64,000 nt of DNA from an uncultured cyanobacterium (GTDB taxonomy: Bacteria; Cyanobacteriota; Cyanobacteriia; PCC-6307; Cyanobiaceae). Location of the stretch: NCBI GenBank assembly GCA_963765575.1, contig CAVXWZ010000002.1, positions 192,001-256,000 on the forward strand, written 5' to 3'. The translations under genes and the position numbers were made by a program. Positions 39,204 to 48,603 of the stretch are shown here, piece after piece. Numbering within the stretch: the stretch's first letter is position 1; each line of letters begins with the position of its first letter. The notes beneath the pieces were generated by a model. That model saw only the letters and a program-made list of their open reading frames with translations. It made no database searches and was not told the origin of the DNA.

Positions 39204-40261
39204 GTAAGGGATCGGGGAACCTCAAGGCCAGCTGGCTGCATGAGCCCCTGCGCCTGCTGATGCCAGGCGGACCGGCCCGGAGTGCTGAGCTGGTGGCCGC
39301 CAACGACCTGCTGCGCAGGCGCACCGCCCTGCTCACAAGCAGGCGGCGACGACGGGGGCGGGGTGGATCCTCAAACCTTTACACCGAGGTGATCGAATCA
39401 GGCGGCCAGCGCTACTTCCTCAAGGCCGTCAAGCCTGGCCAGGACAGGGAACTGCGCTTCTACTCCGCCCTGCTCGGGGGCACCGTGCGCAGCCGTGGGC
39501 CTCGCTACCTGATTCCCAAGCCACTGCTGGTCACCCAGACCGAACACTCGACCACTTACCTGGTTCCTTACTACGCCGTGCGCACCCTGAGGCGGCCGGC
39601 CTTTCTGAGGCGCCCGGGATGGCCGCTGCTCCAGGGCGTGGCGGCCTTCAATGCCGCCCACCTGGCCACGGCAGAGCTGCGGAACTGCTTTGAACTGGCC
39701 CGCTGCGCTCCAGATGTGAACCAGGAGGAGCTGAGCCAGGCCTTCAGCGCCTATCCCCCCGCCCAGGTGGATCGGCTGCATGGCGACATCCTGGACTGCT
39801 GCTCCCAGGTGCAGGGGCAGCTGGAGAGGCTGAGCCTGGACGCCGACTCCGCCCAGGGCGAGCTCCCCTTTGCCCTGGCGATGAACGACTTCAACCGCGA
39901 GAACGCCGGGTTCGCCAGCAGCGAGCGGCGCCAGCAGGTGGTGCTGATGGACATGGGCCGCGCCCTGCTGGCCCCGTTGGGGCACGACCTGCGCTGGCAT
40001 TTCCATTACACCTGCCAGATGAGGCTGGAGATCTCCAGGGTCCAGAGGGTGGTGGCCGTCTACGCCGCGGCCCTGCGCGAGCAGCACCTGGAGGTCGATC
40101 CCCGTGCCTTGGCGGTGGCCGGCCTGGCCGGCTATCTGCAGAACTGGTTCAGTCAGCGCTGCCTGCTGCCCAACGCCCGAGCTCCGCTGGAGCAGAAATG
40201 GCGGCGGCTCCAGCACAAGGTCGCCTTCGTGCGGGGCTGCCTGCAGCAGCTGGAACGCTGA
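39200..40261 (+). CDS. APH/choline-kinase-like phosphotransferase
   Basis: GTGA overlap with the sialidase. YFLK (beta-3 Lys), RELRFY (helix-C Glu), MNDFNREN (catalytic loop-like), LMDMG (DFG-like), LGHDL. Confidence 0.6.
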   Translation: MSKGSGNLKASWLHEPLRLLMPGGPARSAELVAANDLLRRRTALLTSRRRRRGRGGSSNLYTEVIESGGQRYFLKAVKPGQDRELRFYSALLGGTVRSRGPRYLIPKPLLVTQTEHSTTYLVPYYAVRTLRRPAFLRRPGWPLLQGVAAFNAAHLATAELRNCFELARCAPDVNQEELSQAFSAYPPAQVDRLHGDILDCCSQVQGQLERLSLDADSAQGELPFALAMNDFNRENAGFASSERRQQVVLMDMGRALLAPLGHDLRWHFHYTCQMRLEISRVQRVVAVYAAALREQHLEVDPRALAVAGLAGYLQNWFSQRCLLPNARAPLEQKWRRLQHKVAFVRGCLQQLER

Positions 40262-40276
40262 GGGAGCAGCGGCTGG

Positions 40277-41284
40277 TCAGCCCTGCTGATTGAGGGTGTC
40301 GCCCAGCAAGCGGTCACCGAGGGCCCGCAGCTGGCGGCGCTCCTGGGGACTGCGGGGTCTTTGGGGGCTGGGTCGCGGCTGGGGGCTGGGGAACAGCTCG
40401 CGCCATGGGCGGCCCCACACCCGCTGGGCAAAGCGCTCATTGCCCGCCGCGTAGCGCTGCTCCAGGCGGGCCTGCAGCGCTCCATCGACACCCTGGTAAG
40501 GCTCGGCCGGCCAGTTCTGCTCCTGGGCCAGCTGTTCGAGGGCCTGGCGCAGCCGTGCCTTGAAACCGGCGTCGCGCCAGGCCTCAGGATGGCGGCGCCG
40601 CAGCCGTCGGGCCAGGTGCTGGGCCAGCCACACGGCCTTCCAGCCCGGTTGGCTGTTGGCCAGCTGCTCGAGCGGGCGCAGGGTCTGCGGATCGGCGACG
40701 CCGATGGCCCGCAACAGCCGCTCACAGGGGTCGGCCTCACCGGAACGAAAGGGCAGAAAACTGGTGGTCACCGCCGGATGGTCGAGGGCGGCAGTGAACA
40801 GGAGCTCGTAGTCGCACTCGCCCTTGCAGCCGCCCCGCATGGTGAGCTTCAGGTAGCGGCGAAAGGGCAGGGCGAAGTAGAAGCGTTTGATCAGTTGCGT
40901 GTAGCGGGAGTTGAGATAGGCGGGCTGATCACGCACGAAGGCCACCAGGTGCAGATCCATCGACTGCGCGGCCAGGAAGTCGACCAGCTCGGCCAGCAGT
41001 GTGGTGCCGCCGGGTTGTCGGCATTCATGCAGCAGCTCGGACAGGATCTCCGCTGAGATCAGCGGGTCGCCCCCCCGCCGTCTGGCGCTCTTGACCAGCT
41101 GGACCCAGGGCTCCATCTGGCCCTGGCGCAGTGCTTTGACCAGCAGCAGGTGGTCGCGACGGCGGCGCGGATAGAGCAGGCCTTGGCGGCGCAGAAGGCG
41201 GCGGTTGCGTTTGAGGCGATGCTGGATGTAGGTGGAGGCGGTCTTGTTGATGCCCACGTGCAGATGAAGCGTGCGCCTCTCCAC
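40277..41284 (-). CDS. Sulfotransferase-fold (P-loop) protein
   Basis: LHLHVGINKTASTYIQ, LISAEIL, FVRDQPAYLNSRY; GTG start at 41284. Confidence 0.68.
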   Translation of the reverse strand: MERRTLHLHVGINKTASTYIQHRLKRNRRLLRRQGLLYPRRRRDHLLLVKALRQGQMEPWVQLVKSARRRGGDPLISAEILSELLHECRQPGGTTLLAELVDFLAAQSMDLHLVAFVRDQPAYLNSRYTQLIKRFYFALPFRRYLKLTMRGGCKGECDYELLFTAALDHPAVTTSFLPFRSGEADPCERLLRAIGVADPQTLRPLEQLANSQPGWKAVWLAQHLARRLRRRHPEAWRDAGFKARLRQALEQLAQEQNWPAEPYQGVDGALQARLEQRYAAGNERFAQRVWGRPWRELFPSPQPRPSPQRPRSPQERRQLRALGDRLLGDTLNQQG

Positions 41285-41312
41285 AGACCCCCCACCAACG
41301 CAACAAGCAACC

Positions 41313-41813
41313 CTAGACGCCCCGTGCCAGCCACCCTTCCGCCCGCCGGCGCAGGCCGTTGTGGCAGCGGCGTTCGAGGCGATCGAGCAGCTGCTGGAGG
41401 CCGAGCCTGAGCACCGGGCCGGCCACCACCACCGCCGCCGCCGGCAGCTCCGCCCACACCAGGGCCTCGGCCTGCAGGGCGGCGTCCAGGGGCACCAGCC
41501 AGGCCTCAAGGCCGAAGTGCAGCCGCTGCTGCCACGCGCCCAGCCCCTCCACCCGGCTCTCCAGCTGGCGCAGGTGCAGCAGCTCCTGCTGCCAATGGGC
41601 CTGCAGGCGCACATGGGGCTGCAGGGTCCAGCCGGCCACGCTGTAGGGGCGCGACACGTAGTCGAAGAGCCCGGGGCCGCTCTGGTGCAGGCGATCGGCA
41701 TGCAGCAGGCCACGCAGGGGCCGCAGGGGGCGCGAGAGGAACAGGGCCAGCCGCTCCGCACTGGCGGGGGGATCCAGGGCCACCAGGCAGCGGCGCCGCT
41801 GCTCGATCCTCAC
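41313..41813 (-). CDS. DUF1997-family protein
   Basis: Coupled to the helicase stop by a GTGA overlap. The FDYVSRP..VAGWTLQP..RLERRC pattern and position resemble picocyanobacterial DUF1997 genes. Confidence 0.55.
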   Translation of the reverse strand: MRIEQRRRCLVALDPPASAERLALFLSRPLRPLRGLLHADRLHQSGPGLFDYVSRPYSVAGWTLQPHVRLQAHWQQELLHLRQLESRVEGLGAWQQRLHFGLEAWLVPLDAALQAEALVWAELPAAAVVVAGPVLRLGLQQLLDRLERRCHNGLRRRAEGWLARGV

Positions 41814-44560
41814 GGCAGCTCGCTGTGGGGGCTGGCGAAGGCCGGTGGGGGCGGCAGGGGGTCGGGCGGGGACGGAGCCAGGTCTTCCAGTTCGCAGACC
41901 GGGAAGCGGTTGATGGCGCGCAGGGCGCGGCGGGCGTTGTCGCGCAGCTGCTGACTCACGGCCTCGGCGTAGGGCACCTGGGCCAGCAGGTCCACGGTGC
42001 GGCGCAGCACCCGCACCACATCGCCCTCATCGAGGGAGGTGTTGGCGATCACGTCGCTCCAGCTGGCCCCCCGGGCCCAGGCATCCACCAGACCGGTGAG
42101 CTCCGGCTCCCACCAGATCGGGAAGGTCACCCGGGCGCGCTCCTGCTGGCGGGCCAGTTCACGGCGCAGCCCGCGCAGGTCGTGCAGCGCCTCCTCCACC
42201 GCCGGCGGCGGCGGCCAGCCGCACCAGAGATCGGGCCGGTTCACCTCCGTGGAGATGGCCTCCAGCACCGCGGCCAGTTCCGGCGGATCGAGTCCATCGA
42301 GGTGACCGCTCATCAAGGCCAGCCCCAGCCAGAGCTCGTTGTCGCCGCGCAGGGCGGCCACGGTGCGCCCCACCTCGGTGGGCTCAAGGCCATCGGCGCC
42401 GGCCAGAGCCCCGAAGTGGCGCAGCACCTCGATCAGGGCAAGGAAGGTCTCCCAGTGGCGGTTGGAGCGGAAGTGCAGCAGCCGCTGGCACTCCTCCAGC
42501 TCGGCGGACAGCTCCTCGATACGACGCCGCTGCTTTCTGAGCTGGCGGCGATCGGAGCGCCGATGCCCCGGGTGCAGCTCCAGCTCCTCGTCGAGCTGCT
42601 GCACCAGCCGGGCCTGGGTCTGCACCTCCTCGGCCAGGTCAAACTGGGGGGTGGCCATGTCGTGGCGACGGGCCATCGAGGCCACCGCCAGGGCGAGGCC
42701 GGCGCTGGCCTCGCTGCCGTGCTGGTGCTCGCCGATGCGCTGCAGGGCCGGTGGGTCCACCTGAGCCACCTGCAGACAGCTGAGCTCGGCATGCAGGCTG
42801 ACCACCGCACTGCAGGGCACCAGGATCCAGAGGTTGTCGTCGGTGAGGCAGAGCAGCAGGGGAAACTGCCCCGGCCCCGACACCTTGGCGGCAATCACCG
42901 CCGGCGCCACCCGGCCGCGCAGGGCCGCAGCCTTGAGGCTCACCAGGGTGCCCTCGCTGGCGAACTGCAGGGCGAGGGTGAGTTCGTGCACGAGGGTTTC
43001 CTCGGCCTGCTGCTGCAGGGTGCGCAACAGGCGGCGCTCCTCCCGCACCCGGCCGCGGCGCTTTTCGTAATCCTCGAGATCGTCCCAGGGCACATCGTCC
43101 TCAGCGCCCTCCTGGAGCAGCTCGAGCTGCTGCTGGAGCTCGGCGATGCGCGCCTGGTCGTCGACCAGATCGAGGGTGGCGAGGTAGCGGCCAAAACTGC
43201 GCTCCACCAGTTCCCTGGCCTTGGCCAGGTCGTAGCGCTGCAGCAGGTTGAGCACCATGCCGTAGCTGGGGGTGAACTGGCTCACCAGCGGGTCGGCGGG
43301 GGCGGTGGCCAGCTGGCCGGCCTCGCGCACTCCCTCGAAGCGGCTCTGCACCGTGACCACGTAGCCCTGAACGTCGAGGCCGCGGCGGCCAGCGCGGCCG
43401 GCCATCTGCAGGAACTCGCTGCCCATCAGCGGCCGGTGGCCGCGCTCGGTGCGCTTGGAGAGGGACGAGATCACGGTGGTGCGGGCCGGCATGTTGATGC
43501 CGGCGGCCAGGGTTTCGGTGGCGAACACCACCTTGATCAGCCCCTGCTGGAAGAGATCTTCGATGAGTTCCTTCCAGGCCGGCAACACGCCGGCATGGTG
43601 GGAGGCGATGCCGCGCAGCAACGGTTCGGCGTGGCCGTCACGCACGGCGTCGGGGCTGGCGGCACTGAAGGCCTCCAGGCGGGCGCGGATGCGGGCCTGC
43701 TGGGCAGGCGTCACCAAGCACTGCTTGCCCAGATCCCGCACACCTTTGTCACAGCCGCGGCGACTGAAGATGAAATAGATGGCCGGCAGCATGTCGCGCT
43801 CGGCCATCTGGGCCACCACGAAGGCCAGGGGCGGGGCTTCGGGCTGGGGCGGGCGTGGCACCTTGGGCCCCTTGCGGCGGTTGCCCTTGGGAGCCCGCCA
43901 CACCTTGGCGTTGGGGTGCAGGTCGGTGCCGGCCTCGTTGAGCAGCGGGTGCAGACCCTTGGCGCTGCAGAAGCTGAAGGCCAGCGGCACGGGCCGGTGG
44001 TCGCTCAGCACCAGCTGGGTGGGGCCGTGCACCCGCTCGATCCAGTCGGTGAGCTGGCCGGCATTGGCCACCGTGGCCGAGAGCGCCACCAGCTGGATCA
44101 CCGGCGGGCAGTGGATGATCGACTCCTCCCAGACGGTGCCGCGCTGGGAGTCGTTCATGTAGTGGCACTCATCGAGCACCACGGCCTCCACCCCCTCCAG
44201 GGGGTCGTTGTCCGGGTGGTCGATCTCCGCGTAGAGCATGTTGCGGAAGATCTCGGTGGTCATCACCACCACCTGGGCCTCGCGGTTGAGGCTCATGTCA
44301 CCGGTGAGCAGCCCCACCCGCTCGGGCCCGAACTGCTCGCGGAAATCGCGCAGCTTCTGGTTGGAGAGCGCCTTGAGCGGGGTGGTGTAGAACACCTTCT
44401 GGCCATGGGCCAGGGCGCGATGGATGGCGTACTCGCCCACCAGGGTCTTGCCGCTGCCCGTGGGAGCGCTCACCACCACGGAGTGGCCCTGATTCAGCGC
44501 GTCGATCGCCTCGTGCTGAAAGGGGTCGAGGGGGAAGGGGAAGAGCGCTGCGAGTTTCAA
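41810..44560 (-). CDS. Ski2/HelY-like DEAD/DEAH-box RNA helicase
   Basis: APTGSGKT, PLKALSNQK, MTTEIFRNMLY, DECH, LSAT, FATETLAAGINMPA, QMAGRAGRRG, DSHCT-like DEGDVVR. Confidence 0.93.
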   Translation of the reverse strand: MKLAALFPFPLDPFQHEAIDALNQGHSVVVSAPTGSGKTLVGEYAIHRALAHGQKVFYTTPLKALSNQKLRDFREQFGPERVGLLTGDMSLNREAQVVVMTTEIFRNMLYAEIDHPDNDPLEGVEAVVLDECHYMNDSQRGTVWEESIIHCPPVIQLVALSATVANAGQLTDWIERVHGPTQLVLSDHRPVPLAFSFCSAKGLHPLLNEAGTDLHPNAKVWRAPKGNRRKGPKVPRPPQPEAPPLAFVVAQMAERDMLPAIYFIFSRRGCDKGVRDLGKQCLVTPAQQARIRARLEAFSAASPDAVRDGHAEPLLRGIASHHAGVLPAWKELIEDLFQQGLIKVVFATETLAAGINMPARTTVISSLSKRTERGHRPLMGSEFLQMAGRAGRRGLDVQGYVVTVQSRFEGVREAGQLATAPADPLVSQFTPSYGMVLNLLQRYDLAKARELVERSFGRYLATLDLVDDQARIAELQQQLELLQEGAEDDVPWDDLEDYEKRRGRVREERRLLRTLQQQAEETLVHELTLALQFASEGTLVSLKAAALRGRVAPAVIAAKVSGPGQFPLLLCLTDDNLWILVPCSAVVSLHAELSCLQVAQVDPPALQRIGEHQHGSEASAGLALAVASMARRHDMATPQFDLAEEVQTQARLVQQLDEELELHPGHRRSDRRQLRKQRRRIEELSAELEECQRLLHFRSNRHWETFLALIEVLRHFGALAGADGLEPTEVGRTVAALRGDNELWLGLALMSGHLDGLDPPELAAVLEAISTEVNRPDLWCGWPPPPAVEEALHDLRGLRRELARQQERARVTFPIWWEPELTGLVDAWARGASWSDVIANTSLDEGDVVRVLRRTVDLLAQVPYAEAVSQQLRDNARRALRAINRFPVCELEDLAPSPPDPLPPPPAFASPHSELP

Positions 44561-44710
44561 ATCAAGAAAAAATGGATCCCCTTCCCAAATAGAGTAACAT
44601 TAGGTATGCCGAATCAGCAACATTGAGACACCAAGCGAAAGCTCGCAGCGATTCGCGGTCAATACGCCGCTGGTTTAAGGCGCAAAGAATGCCGAAAGGA
44701 GGGCAGTGCA

Positions 44711-47251
44711 ATGAATAATTTGATCAGTAGATTTTACGAACATGTCAGTTCAGGCAACTCCGAAGCGGCTCTAGAGGCAATCAAGGAGATTCAAACCCTG
44801 CAGGCTCCAAAAAGCCTGACAGACAGCTTGTATTTCATATTAGAGAGTTACCAGGGCAGTGCGGGCGGAGAAGGCGGCAGAAAGCCGGCAGGTGAGTACT
44901 ACAACCGCAGGATCTCTCGGGGAGCCGACGAGAGAGCCCCTAGCACGAGAATCGAAATCGCACCACTGGTCAGCATCATTGTGGTCAGCTTCAATTCCTC
45001 TCGAGAACTGAGGGATCTGATGCCGTCCATTGCAGATCAGTCCTACGGAAATCTTGAAGTTATACTGGTTGAAAACGGCACAGAAGACAACGAAGATCTA
45101 CTAAAAGAGGCAAACGTGGGTGGCAAGCACACCTACGTGAAAGCAAATAACAACGTTGGTTTCGCAGAAGGCAACAACATCGGCGCAGCGCATTCCAAGG
45201 GGGAATATTTATTGCTTCTCAATCCTGATGCAAGATTGGATCCGAGCGCCATCAAGGAATTACTGCACGGAATCACCAAGGAATCGACCCAAGCGCTCGC
45301 AGCATGTCCAAAAATATACTTTTTCCGTGACTTTGTAAAAGTTTGGATCGAGAAGGCTCCTCGTGGCTCCAGACTCTCCTGTGAAGATCTAGTCAAAGAC
45401 TTAAGTTATACCAAGACTTTTGTTCGAGAGGGATTCACCTCGGGCTGCGGAAACTATGTCACGCCCAGCATTGAAGGGAGAATTTGTATTGATGTTCCCG
45501 CGCCTGAAGGAAAGGAGACAATCCAGCTGCTTCTCGTCGAAGGGACGGGCGATGAGGTGGAGGTTGGAAGTGCAGGAAGCAAGGCAGAAGTGTTTATTGG
45601 TGATAGGAGTCAGGCAACTGGCTTGATTGAGGTTGGTATACCATACTTGATTCCAGCCTCTGCAAAGATACGGAGCATATCCCGAAGATTAGTCAACAAC
45701 GCATCAAGCGGAATTGGCCAGTCTGGAATGGCCCACGATGTTGGTTTTGGCGACGAGGACAAGAATGAGTACTCAAAATTGACCCATGTCGATGCATTTT
45801 GCGGCTGCTGTGTACTCATGCATCGCTTGACATGGGTGGCACGACGCCTCTTCTTCCCAGATTTCTTTGCCTATTTTGAAGATACGGAACTAAGCAACTG
45901 GATCAAGCTTCACCACTATCAGATACTTTATTGTCCAACAAGCCTAGTGTATCACCGGCATTCAGAAACGACCCAAGAAAAGAGTCCTAACTGGGAATAC
46001 CTAGTCTCCCGAAGTCGAATAATATACAAGTGGATGACGGGGAGACTGCTCGATACGGGCTATGCACAACAAATGGTCAGGGAACTTGACACAAGAGGAA
46101 TAAACAAGAAACTACTTTCGGCAGTTGAGGGGCAATATCCTACAGAAGCATTATCAGATTCCAGAAGATCTCAGAAGCGTGAGAAGATTACAGTAGCAGT
46201 TTACAACTCATATTGGACAACCAAGGGAGGTGGCGAAAAACACGCACTCGACATTGCAAGCATGGTCTCCCAGTCAGAAAGCCATGAAGTATATCTTTTG
46301 TCTGACCGTGACTTCGATATCAACGAACTTGCAAGATACTTTGATGTGGACTTAAGTCGATGCTTGGCCATGCGACTAGACAGTGTAAGCTCACTGGCAA
46401 CAGGATTCTTTGATATTTTTGTAAACTCCACATACTGCTCACTCCTCCTACCTCGCGCCACAAAGAACTACTACATCGTCTCGTTTCCAACCAAGACGTT
46501 GCCAAGCCACGTGGGCGGCTCCTATAAGTTCCTGCACAATTCTGAATTTACTCAGCGTTGGGCCAAGCGATACTGGGGTGCGCACGACGGCATCGTGATC
46601 CATCCTGTCATTGGCTGCAGAACACCCAAGTCAATAGGGGAAGAAAAGAAGAAGTTGATCCTGTCGATTGGCAGATTTAACTACCAAGGTCATTGCAAGA
46701 ATCAACACTTCCTAATCCAAGCATTTTATCAAGCAAAAGAAAGTGGGGAACTTGGTTCTGACTGGCATTTGACTATCGCGGGGTCAGTAAATCAAGCTGA
46801 GCCCACTTCTGTGGCGCATTACGAAGATTGTGTCGCATTAGTTAGGGACGAATCGGCGACTGTTATCCCCAATGCCGAGCGTAGTAACATTATTACTTTG
46901 TACAATGAAGCATTCGCGTATGTCCATGGAACCGGAATGGACATCGATGTAGAACAGAATCCAGAACAGTGCGAACATTTTGGTATTTCAGTTTTTGATG
47001 CGATCACCCATGGATGCATCCCCATTGTCCACGATTCTGGGGGGGCTAAGGACATCCTGTCCTTCGCAACGAATGGCATGGCCTTTCAAGGCATGAAGGA
47101 CCTGGTAGTTTGTCTAAGCACGCTAGAGGCCCTCTTCAGTCAATACAGGGAAGGTAGCGCTAACACACTTCCTAGGGATACAGTCAGCCGAGCAGAGAAG
47201 GCAATCAGAGCTAATCAGTCTTTAGTAAGAGAGATTATGATGATAACCTAG
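44711..47251 (+). CDS. GT2-GT4 bifunctional glycosyltransferase
   Basis: GT2 part: VSIIVVSFNS, NVGFAEGNN, LLNPDA, FFAYFEDTEL. GT4 part: GGGEKH, ILSIGRF, EHFGISVFDAITHGCIP. Confidence 0.85.
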   Translation: MNNLISRFYEHVSSGNSEAALEAIKEIQTLQAPKSLTDSLYFILESYQGSAGGEGGRKPAGEYYNRRISRGADERAPSTRIEIAPLVSIIVVSFNSSRELRDLMPSIADQSYGNLEVILVENGTEDNEDLLKEANVGGKHTYVKANNNVGFAEGNNIGAAHSKGEYLLLLNPDARLDPSAIKELLHGITKESTQALAACPKIYFFRDFVKVWIEKAPRGSRLSCEDLVKDLSYTKTFVREGFTSGCGNYVTPSIEGRICIDVPAPEGKETIQLLLVEGTGDEVEVGSAGSKAEVFIGDRSQATGLIEVGIPYLIPASAKIRSISRRLVNNASSGIGQSGMAHDVGFGDEDKNEYSKLTHVDAFCGCCVLMHRLTWVARRLFFPDFFAYFEDTELSNWIKLHHYQILYCPTSLVYHRHSETTQEKSPNWEYLVSRSRIIYKWMTGRLLDTGYAQQMVRELDTRGINKKLLSAVEGQYPTEALSDSRRSQKREKITVAVYNSYWTTKGGGEKHALDIASMVSQSESHEVYLLSDRDFDINELARYFDVDLSRCLAMRLDSVSSLATGFFDIFVNSTYCSLLLPRATKNYYIVSFPTKTLPSHVGGSYKFLHNSEFTQRWAKRYWGAHDGIVIHPVIGCRTPKSIGEEKKKLILSIGRFNYQGHCKNQHFLIQAFYQAKESGELGSDWHLTIAGSVNQAEPTSVAHYEDCVALVRDESATVIPNAERSNIITLYNEAFAYVHGTGMDIDVEQNPEQCEHFGISVFDAITHGCIPIVHDSGGAKDILSFATNGMAFQGMKDLVVCLSTLEALFSQYREGSANTLPRDTVSRAEKAIRANQSLVREIMMIT

Positions 47252-47300
47252 CCATGAAGTCTACAATTCTCGATTGGCCACCTAGATTCATCTCGCCACA

Positions 47301-48440
47301 ATGAGTTTCGTTATCGGGTTCCATCGCTCTGGAACCTCATTACTCACTTCAGTCCTGCAGGACATCACGGGCTGTGGTGAGTCGCTACCATTCACATTAA
47401 TGCCCAGCGGCCCAGACAACAGCGAAGGTTTTTTTGAGAGTATCGAGCTGTTTAGTCTCAACAATCATCTGCTTGAGGGAGTAGGGCACCGCTGGGATTC
47501 TCCATGGCTTGCCGCTCCACCCATGGAGGTTGGTATTGGGAGAATTGATGCTGAGGTTCAGAATAGATTCTTGAAGTCACATCCTATTGATCAAGCTCAC
47601 CATTGGATCGATAAGGATCCCAGGCTATGCTTGACTATTGACTTCGTGAGTCATATTTTAGGCATTAGACTTCCAACCATTGGAATCATACGCAATCCAG
47701 TGTCAACTGCTAGGTCCCTACAGCAGCGCAATGGCCTATCGACTGAACAAGCACTAGGACTATGGATTATTTACAACTATCATGCGTTTGTCGGGAACAT
47801 GGCGTTGCCAGTGGGGGTAGTGGACTTTGAAGATCTTTGTGACTGTAAAGAGCTTGCAGCTGAAAAGATGAATTATTTTCTGAGAATATACAATCAGAAC
47901 TCCGGCGGAGATATAGGTCGTGAAGAGAAGTACAGTCTGCTGAACACCCTGGAAGCCATCAGAAGACACACAAAGGTCGGCCTAATTCACAACCAACCGA
48001 CAAGTGCATATGGAAAAGAGGAGCAGCTCAGAAGTAAAGCTCTTGAAATGTGGGACGCCATCAAGAGTGTCGGAGCATCACCTTATTCACCCTCAGAAGA
48101 GGTTCGGCTGAAAGCTGCTGTTGCCATGTGCTGTGTGATGACTCAGTACAACAGTCTTTTTCCCGTATCGGTCTACACCACAAAGAAGGAAGAGGAAGAG
48201 ATTGAGGTAGCTCGTAGCGAGATATTATATTGGCATGATCGATTCAACGAATCTGCAGGAATAATCCGAGAGCTACAGACAGAGCTGCTAGAACAAGGAT
48301 CTACAGTTAGACTACTAACAGCCAAACTCGCCTGGTATAGGGAGTCTCAGTCGAGAGTCCATAGCCTTTTCGCGGAGTCGTACAAGCAGATCAGGACTTT
48401 ACAAGCACGGATAGCGAGGATGACAACTATCACAGGGTAA
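47301..48440 (+). CDS. Sulfotransferase-family protein with C-terminal coiled coil
   Basis: VIGFHRSGTSLL, DNSEGFFES, KDPRLC, IRNPVSTARSL, DFEDL; E/Q/R-rich helical tail. Confidence 0.75.
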   Translation: MSFVIGFHRSGTSLLTSVLQDITGCGESLPFTLMPSGPDNSEGFFESIELFSLNNHLLEGVGHRWDSPWLAAPPMEVGIGRIDAEVQNRFLKSHPIDQAHHWIDKDPRLCLTIDFVSHILGIRLPTIGIIRNPVSTARSLQQRNGLSTEQALGLWIIYNYHAFVGNMALPVGVVDFEDLCDCKELAAEKMNYFLRIYNQNSGGDIGREEKYSLLNTLEAIRRHTKVGLIHNQPTSAYGKEEQLRSKALEMWDAIKSVGASPYSPSEEVRLKAAVAMCCVMTQYNSLFPVSVYTTKKEEEEIEVARSEILYWHDRFNESAGIIRELQTELLEQGSTVRLLTAKLAWYRESQSRVHSLFAESYKQIRTLQARIARMTTITG

Positions 48441-48603
48441 ATAGGGTGGCTAGATTCCCGTATCATCCGTACTTGCGTGTAGCCTCTCTACGAGACGATA
48501 GTCCTACGGCAGGGCTCGATTCAAAGTGTGTCAGAAGCGCGCTGGCCTGGGCTGCCAGCGTTGGGTTCGCTGAGCGGGCTTGCTCCTTTTCTGTGCCCGA
48601 AAC

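Noticed and set aside
41825..44626. 933-aa plus-strand ORF antisense to the helicase, and similar long antisense ORFs (1911..3920, 4934..6433, 14747..16414, 23730..25214)
   Set aside because: Shadow ORFs caused by GC-rich codon bias on the opposite strand; no motifs.
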